NCBI GenBank assembly: GCA_963707985.1
Contig: CAVPRW010000009.1
Coordinates: 1-64,000, forward strand
Source: an uncultured Nitrospinota bacterium
Lineage (GTDB): Bacteria > Tectomicrobia > Entotheonellia > J063 > CAVPRW01
DNA: 64,000 bases
Direction: 5' to 3'
Part shown: positions 9,887 through 20,821 of the stretch, piece after piece
Numbering within the stretch: the first letter of the stretch is position 1
How the letters are laid out: every line of letters begins with the position of its first letter
Notes under the pieces: model-generated
Seen by the model: only the letters and a program-made list of their open reading frames with translations
What the model was told of the DNA's origin: nothing
The model's database searches: none
Made by a program: the position numbers and the translations under genes

Positions 9887-10351
9887 TTATTCCTGATCTT
9901 GAAAGAGGTCTCGTTCAACAAGTGGTTTTGAGATATCTACCTCATCTTGCTTTACTTTCCCGCCAACCCGCGCATGAAGGATCATACATGGTCCCTTTAT
10001 CTCCTGCTTGAGCCCAGCAAGATTTTTCCTGCCCGATGTGGCGATGTGATCGAGCAAACCAACAAGCGCATACCCGAAATCGAGAGTAGCCCGTGGCCCC
10101 AGCTCTGTCCTGAGCACAACGACCGCTGTATTGTGGAGAATATGATAAGGAAACCGTCGATCGTCTAGAAAGTCGACATCCCTCGTGAGTACCACCGATT
10201 TTCGCCTACGAGCTTCCTGAAGGTGGAACTGATCGTCACGTGACTGAAAACCAAGTTCTACAGCAGAATCTATGTTCAGCCCCTGGTTTCTTAGATGTTG
10301 TATCAGATAAGCTTCGATGTTCTCATCTGCGTAGAATTCTGTCTTGGGCAT
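9887..10351 (-). CDS. DUF5615-family PIN-like protein, cassette gene
   Basis: FYADENI, DD..HL..A, LTRDVDF motifs; GGAGA RBS just after the R' remnant. Confidence 0.85.
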   Translation of the reverse strand: MPKTEFYADENIEAYLIQHLRNQGLNIDSAVELGFQSRDDQFHLQEARRRKSVVLTRDVDFLDDRRFPYHILHNTAVVVLRTELGPRATLDFGYALVGLLDHIATSGRKNLAGLKQEIKGPCMILHARVGGKVKQDEVDISKPLVERDLFQDQE

Positions 10352-10370
10352 GCAACATCTCCGACGGCTA

Positions 10371-12547
10371 ATCGGGATAGGGAGGGGCCTCACGGCCTCC
10401 CCCCTCCCACACCACCGGACATACGGTTCACGTATCCGGCGGTTCGGCAGATGAAGTCAGGGTGAACATCACCCCAACCAGAGCGTCGGATCTCGGCGTG
10501 CCAGCCAGGAGTTCATCCCAAGTGCCAGTTCGACACCTCGCCGGATGCCATCTCCCTGCTCCACGTCAGGCGACGACGCTTCTCCACCGTTCAGGCCTTC
10601 GGCCCACCCGCGTGACGGCTTGGCCTAGCCGTTACCCCGCCGTTCAGCCTTGGGGTGCCTCACGAGCGTCGCCTGCGCCGGGCCTACGAGGCCCTCTGCT
10701 GACTTCTGCGAGGTGGTCAGGGGGGATTGCTCCCATAGGCGCGAACTTAAGGTTATTCCCTACGCGTGCCGCCTTCATGCCGCCGCCTGCTCGATGGCGG
10801 GCAACACGAGCGCACGGCCTGTGAGCCAGGCCCGTATGGTTGTTTCCTGCGGCTCTCGGCGGCGTGGGCTGAGCCCCACCAAGCGACGCAAGCGTGGCAC
10901 GCCTGTCTGCACCCGTGCCTGCGACCACGTCCCCTAGACATGCTGCCGCAGGGTATCGAGGCCGAGGCCGGTCAGCACCCAACGACTGACCGGCCGAGGC
11001 GCCCTGGGCGTGTCGGTGGGCAAGTGCGCCCGGCTCATGGCCATCGCCTCTTCTGGCAAGGCCCAGGCCATGAGCCACGCCCGGACCGTGGCTTCCACAC
11101 TGGTGGGGGGGGTACTCCGGATGTGATGGAGCTGGAGCAACGGTTTCATTCGTTGACACACGAGTTCCACGGGCCAGCGTGCCCGATACAGGCGCAGGAC
11201 GTCGCCCAGCGGCCACGCAGTGGCGGCCAGCGTGGGGACGAGTCGCACCCACGCCGCCAGGCGTCACGCCGTCGCGCTCGGCGTCCGCCCCTGCGTTTGG
11301 GCCTGGTGCCGCACCCGTCGCCGGGCGATGGCCGCGGCCGCGGGCGGGAGCTCAGCGGCCAACAGCCGGACGGCATCGCGCTGGTGCTGCCAGGCGCACC
11401 ACCCATGCCATTCCCGCGTGGCCGGGCCTGGCGGCTGCAGCCATGGCACGACCTCGAAGGCCTCCCCCGCCGCCGTGTCCAGCGGGAAGGTGGCGGGTGT
11501 GCCCCGCAGCACACTGTGCGCCTGCGGGTGGGTCGCGCTGGCGACGCTCGCACGGTCGCCAGCGCCGTGGTCGGCGACCGCGAGGTCACCGGGCTGCAGG
11601 GCAACGGGCACCAGACGTTCGCCCCCGTACCGATCCGTCACACGGACCTGGGCGAGCCGGCCCGCGGTGCAGTCATACGCCACAGGCAGCCGCCAGTCGT
11701 CCCCCGTGCCGCCCGGCTGCCGGAGCGTGCTCGCCTCCACGCGCAGCACACGGCCCCGAGGGCAGGAGGACTGCGGGGCGACCGCCCGTGGGGTGGCCCC
11801 CAAGGCGCTCAGGCGCCAGAGCCACCAGGGATGACAGGCCCGCAACCGTTTGCGCCAGGCGGTCTCTGCGAGATCCGCGAGCCCGATCAGCACGGCCCAA
11901 GCGCCGAGACGCCGGGTCGACAGGGCGCCTAGGACATCGGCCAGCACCGCCCGCAAGAGGTCGACCGGGGTGGCGAGGCCGCGCACCCGTTGGAAGGCTT
12001 GATGCGTGCGGGCCTGTGCGGCGAGATCCGCAGGCAACCGTGGCACCACCTCATGGGCCCACGTCTCCTCCACGAGCGCCAGTGGTGCCTCAACGGGACG
12101 ATCGGGATGATGGGTCAAGACCCGCAGAGACACCTCCTCAAGATGGTCATGGTCTGGCCACCATCATCTGAGCGGAAGGCCTGTGCTGGCCCTAGTCTCC
12201 ATTGTTGAGGCGCTTCAGTTCGCGCCTATGGGATGGCTCCACCCTCAGTCCTCCACGAGGACACCGCGCAGATCTCCCGCGGTCAGCTGTCATACCTGCT
12301 GTGCCTAGACGCCGGATGTATCAAGTACGCCCCAGCTGTGGATGGAGGACTTTGTGGTCGCGTGCCCACTCGTCCCGAGCGTACCACACCTCGTATCCGG
12401 TTCGTGTCCCTCGCCCCGCACCTGCGTTCCACGCGTCCTTCAGACCCCACCTCACGGTGACGCCCTGGCGCTTCCCTTGTCCTGCGGCTCCACGCACACC
12501 TGGACGGGGGACTTTCACCCCCAAGCATGACCGCATGCACGGCACAC
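10371..12547 (-). mobile_element. ORF-less group IIC intron inserted in attC R', interrupted by an IS
   Basis: 5' GTGTG; GAAGTCAGCAGAGG..GAAGGCCTGAAC (DIII); class-C DV GAACCGCCGGATACG..CCGTATGTCCGGTGGTGTG; 3' CCTATCCCGAT; 670 nt once IS and TSD are removed. Confidence 0.88.
10734..12230 (-). mobile_element. IS4-family-like element with degenerate DDE transposase
   Basis: IRs CATAGGCGCGAACT(T/G)AAG; 10-bp TSD GGATTGCTCC/GGATGGCTCC; LYRARW.VEL motif. Confidence 0.85.
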
Positions 12548-12601
12548 ACGCCAGGCCTGAGCCGCGCGGGTTACCGCGTCGGCTCCAGGCCCTGGTTCGG
12601 C
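12548..12601 (-). other. attC site (59 bp when rejoined with 10370-10366)
   Basis: GCCGAAC-CAGGG-CCTGGAGC-CGACGCGGTAACCCGCGCG-GCTCAGG-CCTGGC-GT|TAGCC; aadA-type spacing. Confidence 0.9.
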
Positions 12602-12842
12602 TCTGGCTTGCTCCCAGACTCGCGGTAAATCAACGCGTGACACTAACTCAGGTGCATCCGGATCTCCAGTGCCGATCAACAGCTTCCCCGGAGTCCAATC
12701 ATTGATGAACTTCTGAAGTTCCAATATAAGGGAAAGCCTTGATCTGTGGTGCACTTTCCTCTATCGCGGAGAGACACGTGAGAGAGGAGAGACGACCAGG
12801 GAACACACCCGGGCAGCGAGCACACAACACCTGGCGGAGCGC

Positions 12843-13730
12843 TTGTGTTGGCAGGTGGCTCGCCGCGATGACGCGCGGGGAGCCCGTCGCCTATACCGCA
12901 CACAGGTCATCGCTGGGGTCTACCGACTGGACGAAGGGGCGTGGCTGGATGGTTTCTTCCACTTTCTGCACGAGCTGGGAGTCGTCGACTGGCTGAACAC
13001 TGTCCAGGGGACGGCGGTGCAGCGGGTGATGGTGCCATGCGTCCAAGATGTCTTGCTGTATGGGCTGAAGACCCTCGATGGCGTGGAGAGCATGAATGCG
13101 CTGCCAGCCGTGCTGTGCAGCGATGAGGCCCTGATGCGGTTGGTGGGCTTCAACGCCCACCAGGTGCGGCAGGGACAGGGCCAAACCGCCAGGCCTGAGC
13201 GGCTGGAGACCGAGGGCGTGGGGATCACCGGGCTGCCGACCGATGCTCAGTATGGAACCGCTGAGCACGGGCGCCCCCATCACCGCCGCGACTTCCAGCC
13301 GAACCCCATCAACGCCGTGGTGGTGCGCACGTGGCACCATCGGGACTATGGCCCAGGAGGCAAACCGGTCTTTCGGACCAACGCCATGGTGGACCAGCCC
13401 TTGCGGCCCTTTGATGCTGACGATGACCGCCGTCTCATCGAGCATTGCTGTAGGAAAGAACGTACGCAGCAGTGGAGCGTGAAGCATCCGCCCCAGAAAA
13501 CCGCGCGGGCGGTGCGCGTGCACGTCTTGTTGACCTTGCTGATGTTCGCCCTGGCCACGGCGTATCGGCTGCCGTGCGAGCCAGTGGAAGCGGGCGCTGA
13601 GCCCCTCGGGTGGCAACGCTGGCGGCGCCAACTCCTGGAGCAGACCCGGGACATGGTCATCATCTTTGCTGAGGACTGCTACGGCATCTTTCATCTCGCC
13701 GCGTACGCGCTGTGATTGGGCGTTAAACTC
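12843..13730 (+). pseudogene. Degenerate DDE transposase with internal deletion
   Basis: DDR.LIE.CC.KE..QQW and RAVRVHV..TLLMFAL motifs. Confidence 0.65.
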
Positions 13731-15045
13731 AAACTATCGCGGTAGGGAGGCCGGTCACCCGGCCCCCCCCCGCACAGAACCGTACGTGCGGCACGACCGC
13801 ATACGGCTCTGACCTCGGATGCGTGGCGTCAAAGCGGACGCTTGGAAACGGCTGCAGGAGGCGCTGGGTGGGAATCCAACGGTGGATCAGCGCTTTAAAT
13901 CGCCGCCAGTTCAGGCGCGTCTTCTGACTGCGCAGGCAGAGCTGCCGCCGCCAGAGCCGGATGACCCGTCGCCGGCAGGTGCCGCGCGTACGCCTATGAC
14001 CCGGCACCGCGTGGTCGTTGAAGTAGCCTTGCACGACCGACCCCAGCCACTGACCTGTCCGTGCCATGGGCTCGTGCCGGCGTTGGCGTAGCTGCTGATG
14101 CAGCGCCTTCAGCGTGGCCCCCATCCGCTTGCGAGCGGTCGTGCGTCGGACAGTAAAGTCGCCGGGCTTCCAGTGCCGTTCGCAGATAGGCGTGAAGCCC
14201 AGAACGTCGAACGTTTCCGGCTTGCCTTCTCCGCGCCGCTTCCGGTTCGCGTTGGCGTGTGGTCCGAACTCGATCAGGCGCGTGTGGTCCGGGTGGACTT
14301 CCAGGCCGAACTGCTGGAATCGAGCCTGCAGGTCCACCAGGAACCGTTTCGCGTCCTCTCGGCGTTCGAAACCAACCACGCCATCATCCGCGTAGCGGAC
14401 GACCACGACATCTCCTTGGGCGACGTTCGTGCGCCAGGCGTCCACCCCGAGGTCGAACACATCGTGGAGAGACACGTGGCCGAGGAACGGCGAAACGACC
14501 GCCCCTTGCGGGCCCCCCACCGGCGTCTCCGACCACAGGCCTTCCTCCGCCACTCCGGCCCGCAACCATGTCTGGACCAGGCGGAGGCCCCGAGGATCGG
14601 CCACGCGAGGCTGGAGGAATGTGATGATCCATTCGTGCGTCAGTGTGTCGAAGCACGCGCGCCTGTCGTACTCCAGCACGTCGTGCACCCGCCGCCGTGT
14701 GCGCGCAACCGAGAGTGCGTCCAAGGCCTGGTGCGGACTGCGCCCCGGCCGGAACCCGTCGGCGAAACCCCGAAAATCCTCCTCGTAGATCTGCTGCAGG
14801 ATAGTCACCACCGCCTGTTGGACAATCTTGTCGTCCAGGGCGGCGATGCCCAACGGACGTTGTCGTCCATCAGCCTTCGGGATGGAGACCCGCCGGGCGG
14901 GTTGTGCTCGATAAGTCCCGCGGTGCACTCGACGGTGGAGGTCGGCAAGCCGATGGTCCAGGCCGGGCTCATACGCCTGCCAGGTCACGCCATCCTCCCC
15001 GGGAGCGGCGTGCCGCGTCAGCATAGAGAAGCGGTCCCGGAGCAC
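13729..15045 (-). pseudogene. ltrA: Group II intron reverse transcriptase/maturase; open frame but heavily substituted
   Basis: IPKADGRQRPLGI, GFRPGRS, PQG, RYADD, LGF; many conserved Y/F/N/H/W residues replaced. Confidence 0.85.
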
Positions 15046-15652
15046 ATCGACCGTGAGATGGTGGAGTCAGGCGGTGCACTGCTCCTGGTTGTGCTGCCGT
15101 GCGGCTTGGCGCACGCGAGCCAGTCCCTGGGACACGCCTGCCCCGCGCGGTGTCGGGTACGTGTGGGATCGGCGCGCGTGCTCCTTGGTCCACGCGCGTC
15201 CCGCCCCCCTCTCCGCCGACCGTTGCTGGTCCTTGTTCGAGGAGTTCCTTGGTACGATCGCGTGGTCTGACGCCTCAGAGACGGGCATGGAGGCCGTACG
15301 GCTGTGGGCCTTCGCCTCCCGGTCTGTTCTGTGTATGCGCTCAGACCTCTCTGAGGTCTCCCGGTTCTCGTGCAGGACGTGTCTCGACGTGCCTGGGGTC
15401 TTAGACGACGCGGGGTCGGCGGGGACTCGCGCTGGCGCCCTCAGCCGTGTGGCCTGCCGCTGAAGTCGAGCCGCGTCGGCACCCCGATGGCGGCTTTTCG
15501 ACGTGCACTAGCCCGGCCCGCCGATGCCCCTATCCACGCTTCGATGGGCACCTCGCGGCGCCCACCGCAAGACCTGGGGTCAGGATGGCTCGCGAGGCCT
15601 TTCCTGTGGGACTCTGGCATTCCCGACTTCCTGCCGGTGTATCCCGGCGCAC
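13736..15652 (-). mobile_element. Group II intron with RT/maturase lacking an endonuclease domain (class E-like, tentative)
   Basis: 5' GTGCG; DV GAGCCGTATGCGG..CGCACGTACGGTTCTG; 3' CCTACCGCGAT. Confidence 0.92.
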
Positions 15653-15911
15653 CGACTTTGGCCAGTTTATTCGAAACCCGATCGCGGGAACACAGCAGGC
15701 CGATAAGGGCCGTCTAGAAGGGCTGATGGAGGCTATGGAGTTTCGTGTTGTCTGCATCTGCACCAGACTGCCCTTCACGTCTGCGCAGAGCCGGCCGGCA
15801 CTTGCCTGATCTCCAAGGGTTCTCTTCGCAAATGGTCTTAGTCGAGTTGGAACCATTGCCAAATAGGGGTTTCAAGTCCCATAAGGGCAAACACTCGTCG
15901 CTTTGACATAC

Positions 15912-16961
15912 TTAAGAGGCAATCGCATCGTAGATGTTTGCCATTTTCATGAGAAACGTCTCTTGCGAAAAAAACTCATGGGCCGTTATCGTCGCGTGTT
16001 TTGAAAGTTCATCGTAATACATGGCGCCCTGCGCAATGGCATTGACCAGGCCCGGTGGTGTCGGATCAAACACCACTCCACAGCGCTGCCGTTCGATAAA
16101 CTCAGCGATGCGGCACGCCGATGAGACGAGTGCTGGGAGCCCGCAGGCTAGGCCTTCGATGAGGCTATTGGGGCATTCCTTACCACCATCAGGGCGGGTA
16201 TACGGGACAATCGTGAAGTGATACTGATTGTATACAGCAGGCATATCCTCAACGATGCCATCGGTCAGGGTAACGTTACGCAGCTCTTGGCGCGCAATGA
16301 GTCTCTGCGTTGCATGCAAACTGGTATATCCACTCCTCCAGCGCCGATACAGGAGATGGTAGTGAACCTCAGGAGTGGCCTCAGCGGCTGTGAGTAGTAG
16401 AGGGACACCTCGCCCTTCCATCTCCTCAATAGTCCGGGGTGCCGTTGCAAACAACACTTGCGGGTTGGATTTACCGTCTAATCCATGGGCTGTCGGCCGA
16501 AAGCGGGTCAGGTCAACGCCGGGAAACAACCATTCGACCTTATCTGGGGATATGCCCAATGCTAGAAGCTCCTGACGAAGCGCTTCCGTTTGCACGATAA
16601 TCTTGCGACATCGGTCGAGGAAGTGGAGGTTTGGAGTGCCTCGTTCTGAGGCGACGGTCAAAACAACTGGGTTACGTCGAAGTGTCTTATAAAACGTCCA
16701 TGGCATAATCTCGCTATAGACATGGTTAATATCGGCATGTCGTTCAACATATGGAATGAGTACCCTGAGCAGTGGATCAAATCTTATATTAAATCCAATA
16801 TAATGTTCTTTTAAGGAGAATATGAAAAAAATATGCTCATTGATGCTAAATATGAGACTCTTTTGAAAATATTTAGATAACTCAAAACCCTCTTTTGAAA
16901 CAGCTTCAATCTCAGGTTGAAGGCAAGAAGTATTCCAGTAAATAATCTTCATAGTGGCCAT
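15912..16961 (-). CDS. Glycosyltransferase family 4
   Basis: PGVDLTRF, PNSLIEGLACGLP. Confidence 0.9.
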   Translation of the reverse strand: MATMKIIYWNTSCLQPEIEAVSKEGFELSKYFQKSLIFSINEHIFFIFSLKEHYIGFNIRFDPLLRVLIPYVERHADINHVYSEIMPWTFYKTLRRNPVVLTVASERGTPNLHFLDRCRKIIVQTEALRQELLALGISPDKVEWLFPGVDLTRFRPTAHGLDGKSNPQVLFATAPRTIEEMEGRGVPLLLTAAEATPEVHYHLLYRRWRSGYTSLHATQRLIARQELRNVTLTDGIVEDMPAVYNQYHFTIVPYTRPDGGKECPNSLIEGLACGLPALVSSACRIAEFIERQRCGVVFDPTPPGLVNAIAQGAMYYDELSKHATITAHEFFSQETFLMKMANIYDAIAS

Positions 16962-17051
16962 GGATTCAATAATGCGTATAAAATTAATTCATCTTTTTGA
17001 CGAGAGCTATCCATTCAAGAGGAGATCTAGATAGAATCTGTTCAAGAAGAC

Positions 17052-17760
17052 TTACAGTAAGATTTCCCACGCGCGGGAAGTATTTATGAAATTTATAACT
17101 AATCCATGACTGCAAGAAAAATGACGTACTACGGGTGTTAAAGGAACCACAGAAAATCTGTGGGCGGACATTTCTTGAGAGAATTCTTCTGGGGAGAAGG
17201 TGACATCGAAGACATCTAATTCATTCGAAGGATGATGGGAATGCTTGGCGTCCAGTACTTGTCGCACATCTCGATTTACGACATCTAACATCAACAGTCC
17301 TTCATTTTTTAAAACATTATGGATTGATCGGTAGAGTCTTGACCGTTCCTGAGTTTCGAAATGACGGATAAAACGAAAAGAGTAGACAAAATTACCTTGC
17401 TGATGCAGTGACTTTAGATCAAATGCGTTATGGTGGCGCAATTCCCAAATGGTATTAAGTCCGGCTTGTGCTAGGCGCTGACGTGCCAAAGTCAACATAG
17501 GCTCGCTATAATCAATCATGAGTCCCTTCTGAACGCCTCGTAGCTCAACGGCGATACGCGCCGGACCCGGAGCAATTTCGATAATTTGTTCTGGTTGGAC
17601 GGTCTTGATAACCCGATTAATGGCCGCTACTTGGCGGTGGTGCAGCAGACGACTCGAAGCAAACGAAAATCGGCGTTCGAGATACGTCTCGACCACGTCA
17701 TGATCGCTATATAAGCTTGCAACAGTTTGCTCGTGCCGGCACTCTTGTTCTGAGCCATGG
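17052..17760 (-). CDS. Class I SAM-dependent methyltransferase (ends uncertain, probable frameshifts)
   Basis: IEIAPGPAR, DYSEPML, VLKNEG. Confidence 0.75.
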
Positions 17761-17785
17761 GCTTTAATCTCAGGGGCAGTTTGTC

Positions 17786-18883
17786 TTAAGCCGTCATCGT
17801 ATTTAAGATATACGCCCTCCATGCAGCGTCCTGCTCTACAATGGTGGCACGAATTCGCAACTCGCATACTCGTCCCGCCAATGGTGGCAACTGCCTCAGC
17901 CGTACACTGTCTTTCTCTGTGGTTACGATGATAGCCACGCGGTGTTGCTTGCTGACCATGTCTAGTTGTTCAATCTCCGATCGCGTGTATGGATGGTGGT
18001 CGGAAAATGCTACGAAGGCCGCGATTTCCGCCCCGAGTCGCTGCAGTGTCAGGCGAAAATGGTCCGGCGCTCCGATGCCGCAAAACGCCACGATACGCTG
18101 TCCTTTGAGGGATGTGAGGGGCAGGATGTGTCCATCACGCAGTACACGGAGATCAAGAGGTGTGTGCTGGCTGCGAAACAGTGGAAGATTTGATTCGACA
18201 AGTTGCGTGACCAAAGTTGATGCAGCTGCGGTGGATTCCCACCGCGTCAGGACGATTGCATCGGCGCGCGCCATCGCCGCTGGCCGATCACGCAGCTCTC
18301 CGCGCGGAAACAATCGGCCATTGCCAAATGGGCGCCCGGCGTCGAGGAGGAGAATGTTGAGGTCACGCGCCAGTTGTATGTGCTGAAATGCGTCATCGAG
18401 GACGATGGCGTCCACACCGAAGCGCTCTATAGCGAGCATACCAGCGGCATAGCGGTCTTTTCCCACGATCACAGGCAGTTCGGATAAATGCTCCGCCAAG
18501 AGCACGGGTTCATCGCCAACAACATCAGGAGGTACAAGGCATCTCTTCCCATCCGAGACGACAGTAATGGCTGACTGGGCCCTTCCACCGTACCCGCGAC
18601 TCAGCACGCAGACCCGTACGCCTGCCTGCTGCAAGAGGCCGGCGACCAACTCGACGACGGGTGTTTTACCAGTACCACCTAGCGTAAGATTGCCAATGCT
18701 AATGACGCGGCACGGAAGCCGCCTAACCGCTGCCCACCGCCTGTCGTATGCTTGTAGCCTCAGTTCATGTGTCCAGTTGTAGGGGTAAGAGATGGTTGTC
18801 AGCAGCGGGCCAAGTGTCCAGCGTGCCAGGGCGCTCGCCTCCCCGTCGACAATCGCTTTCCATAAAGCTCGGGGCGCATTCAC
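17786..18883 (-). CDS. lpxK: Tetraacyldisaccharide 4'-kinase
   Basis: GNLTLGGTGKTP, SRGYG, GDEP, LDDAFQH, TTEKD. Confidence 0.95.
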   Translation of the reverse strand: MNAPRALWKAIVDGEASALARWTLGPLLTTISYPYNWTHELRLQAYDRRWAAVRRLPCRVISIGNLTLGGTGKTPVVELVAGLLQQAGVRVCVLSRGYGGRAQSAITVVSDGKRCLVPPDVVGDEPVLLAEHLSELPVIVGKDRYAAGMLAIERFGVDAIVLDDAFQHIQLARDLNILLLDAGRPFGNGRLFPRGELRDRPAAMARADAIVLTRWESTAAASTLVTQLVESNLPLFRSQHTPLDLRVLRDGHILPLTSLKGQRIVAFCGIGAPDHFRLTLQRLGAEIAAFVAFSDHHPYTRSEIEQLDMVSKQHRVAIIVTTEKDSVRLRQLPPLAGRVCELRIRATIVEQDAAWRAYILNTMTA

Positions 18884-19181
18884 GCGATCTTGATCCTAGC
18901 AACTCTGGGTCCACTGGACTGATCCAGAGGATGATCGGTTAGTCATGGCGCAGAGCGGTTGATGGCACACCGAGAATAGCCCAAAATCTTAACGATGACA
19001 CCGACGCGCCGATTAGTCGAGTCCGGTAATATAGGCTGTTGGGGCAACGAGAACCGCGGCGAAGCAGTATTCCAGATATTTTGCCTTTACAGCACTCTCT
19101 AATCATTACAATTTATCCTAATCACTCTATCACTATTATCTTTATATATCAATCCTATCACTATAATATCCTCATTGATCG

Positions 19182-19740
19182 TCAAAAGCCTAGTAGCGAA
19201 AATGGGCTTACGGGAGGGGGTACGAGCCCCGCTAGAGATGCCACAGCATGGCAGGCGGGCATCAATGGCGACATCGATGGCGATGGTCCGCCATATAGCT
19301 GAACTTGCCAAACTAGACCACCTGTTGCGGGGTGTTGGCGGTCAACATGGGCCATACCATGATGTGTGCGCGGACCTCGCGTGATTAGGCAAAGAACGCC
19401 AGGAGCTGGCCCGGAGGCCGTGCACTCCCAGGGCACCAGATCCGGACGAGGAGCCAGGTGTCCAGCGACACCATGCCCACCACGGCAAACGGCAGTCTCC
19501 ACCCTCTCGCTCCCAGCAAGAAGGCCACCAGCGGCCCCCCCAACCCTGCGCCGACCCCAGCGACGCTCAGCACCCAGCCAATCGCCTTGCCTCACCCTGC
19601 TGGCGGAACGACCTCTGCAATCATCGCCATGCCAATGGGGGCGCCAGTGCCGGCCCGACCGCTGTGGTTCGTCATTGTCGTGGACCCTATGCTCTGGCCC
19701 ATATTTGCCTCGATCATCATATCAGATTCTGCATCTCATG
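19182..19740 (-). pseudogene. MFS transporter fragment
   Basis: GGPLVAFLLGARGWRLPFAVVG segment, broken frames. Confidence 0.45.
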
Positions 19741-20248
19741 AGGAGCTGGCCATCATGTTGATACTCCTGGCCGCTGTGCCGCAAGTCCAAAGGGGAGGAC
19801 CAAGGCTCTTTCCTCGTGCACTGGAGATAAGGCATGCGCAGAATGACATACCCGAGAGGGTAGAATAACGCCTGCCAGGTATTCCCTCTCATACGATTGC
19901 CATCGTCCTCGGGAGCACATCGCTATCTCTTGTTGCTTGACCCCATTGACACAGCTGTCAACAAGACCTCCCAAAGTTTCCGAGGCATCTGCGCTGCGCT
20001 TGGGGTACTATACAGAAAAATGCCAGATGAGGAGCGTCGACGCTGAGGGAGGTGACAGAGTGTTAGAGGTGCGAGAAGCGAGCTTAGGGTCAGTTTGCGT
20101 ACGCTTTGCCCGCCTCGCGCCGTCCCCCGAACACGAGACGACATTCCCCGTGGGACCTGAAAGCCCAAAACGTCTTGGGTATTTGGCTCGTACGGTCGAT
20201 GCCTTCTTGGGATCGCTTCACATCAGTACAAGGGAGGTATATCTAACG

Positions 20249-20821
20249 ATGAACCGGTGGTGGCGAGTGTTGGCGGTGATAATAGCAGGCGGGATGCTTG
20301 GGTTGCCCGCTCTCGGGTGGGCGACGGGATTACAAGTCGGGGATAAAGCGCCCACCTTTTCACTCCCGTCGACGACAGCAGAGAGCATTAGTCTGGCCGA
20401 TTACCTGGGCCGGAAGCCTGTCGTGCTGTTTTTCTATATCGCAGCCTTTGGGCGCTCCTGAACAGCTGATGCGCTGGCCTTCCAACTTGATCTCCCTAAG
20501 TTCGAGGCCTTGCATGCTCAGGTGCTGGGCATCAGTGTGGACTGGAATGGTGCCAATAAGGCGTGGGCGCAGGAGATGGGCGTGACCTATCCATTGTTGA
20601 GCGATCTACAGCGACTGACGACAAGAGCCTATGGCGTGCTATACGACGACCCCAAGCTGTCTGAGAATCCCAAGACGATCCCCCTATATCTGCGAGCCAA
20701 AGGCTCCTGGTTGGTGATCGATAAGACAGGGGTAGTTCGGGCAGCGAAAATCGTGCCCGTCAGCGAGCAGATCGACACTTCCGAAATTCTGCAAGCGCTG
20801 AAAGCGTTGCCAGAGCCGTAA
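20249..20821 (+). CDS. AhpC/TSA-family peroxiredoxin-like protein with in-frame UGA (probable Sec71)
   Basis: GGAGG RBS; VGDKAPTFSL, VVLFFYIAAFGRS-UGA-TAD, VLGISVD, YPLLSD all in one frame. Confidence 0.85.

Noticed and set aside
13736..15652. RT as a retron/DGR/defence RT, or as helper for the ORF-less intron
   Set aside because: It is embedded in a complete group II ribozyme whose DV type differs from the IIC intron, and it is degenerate, so trans-assistance is unlikely.
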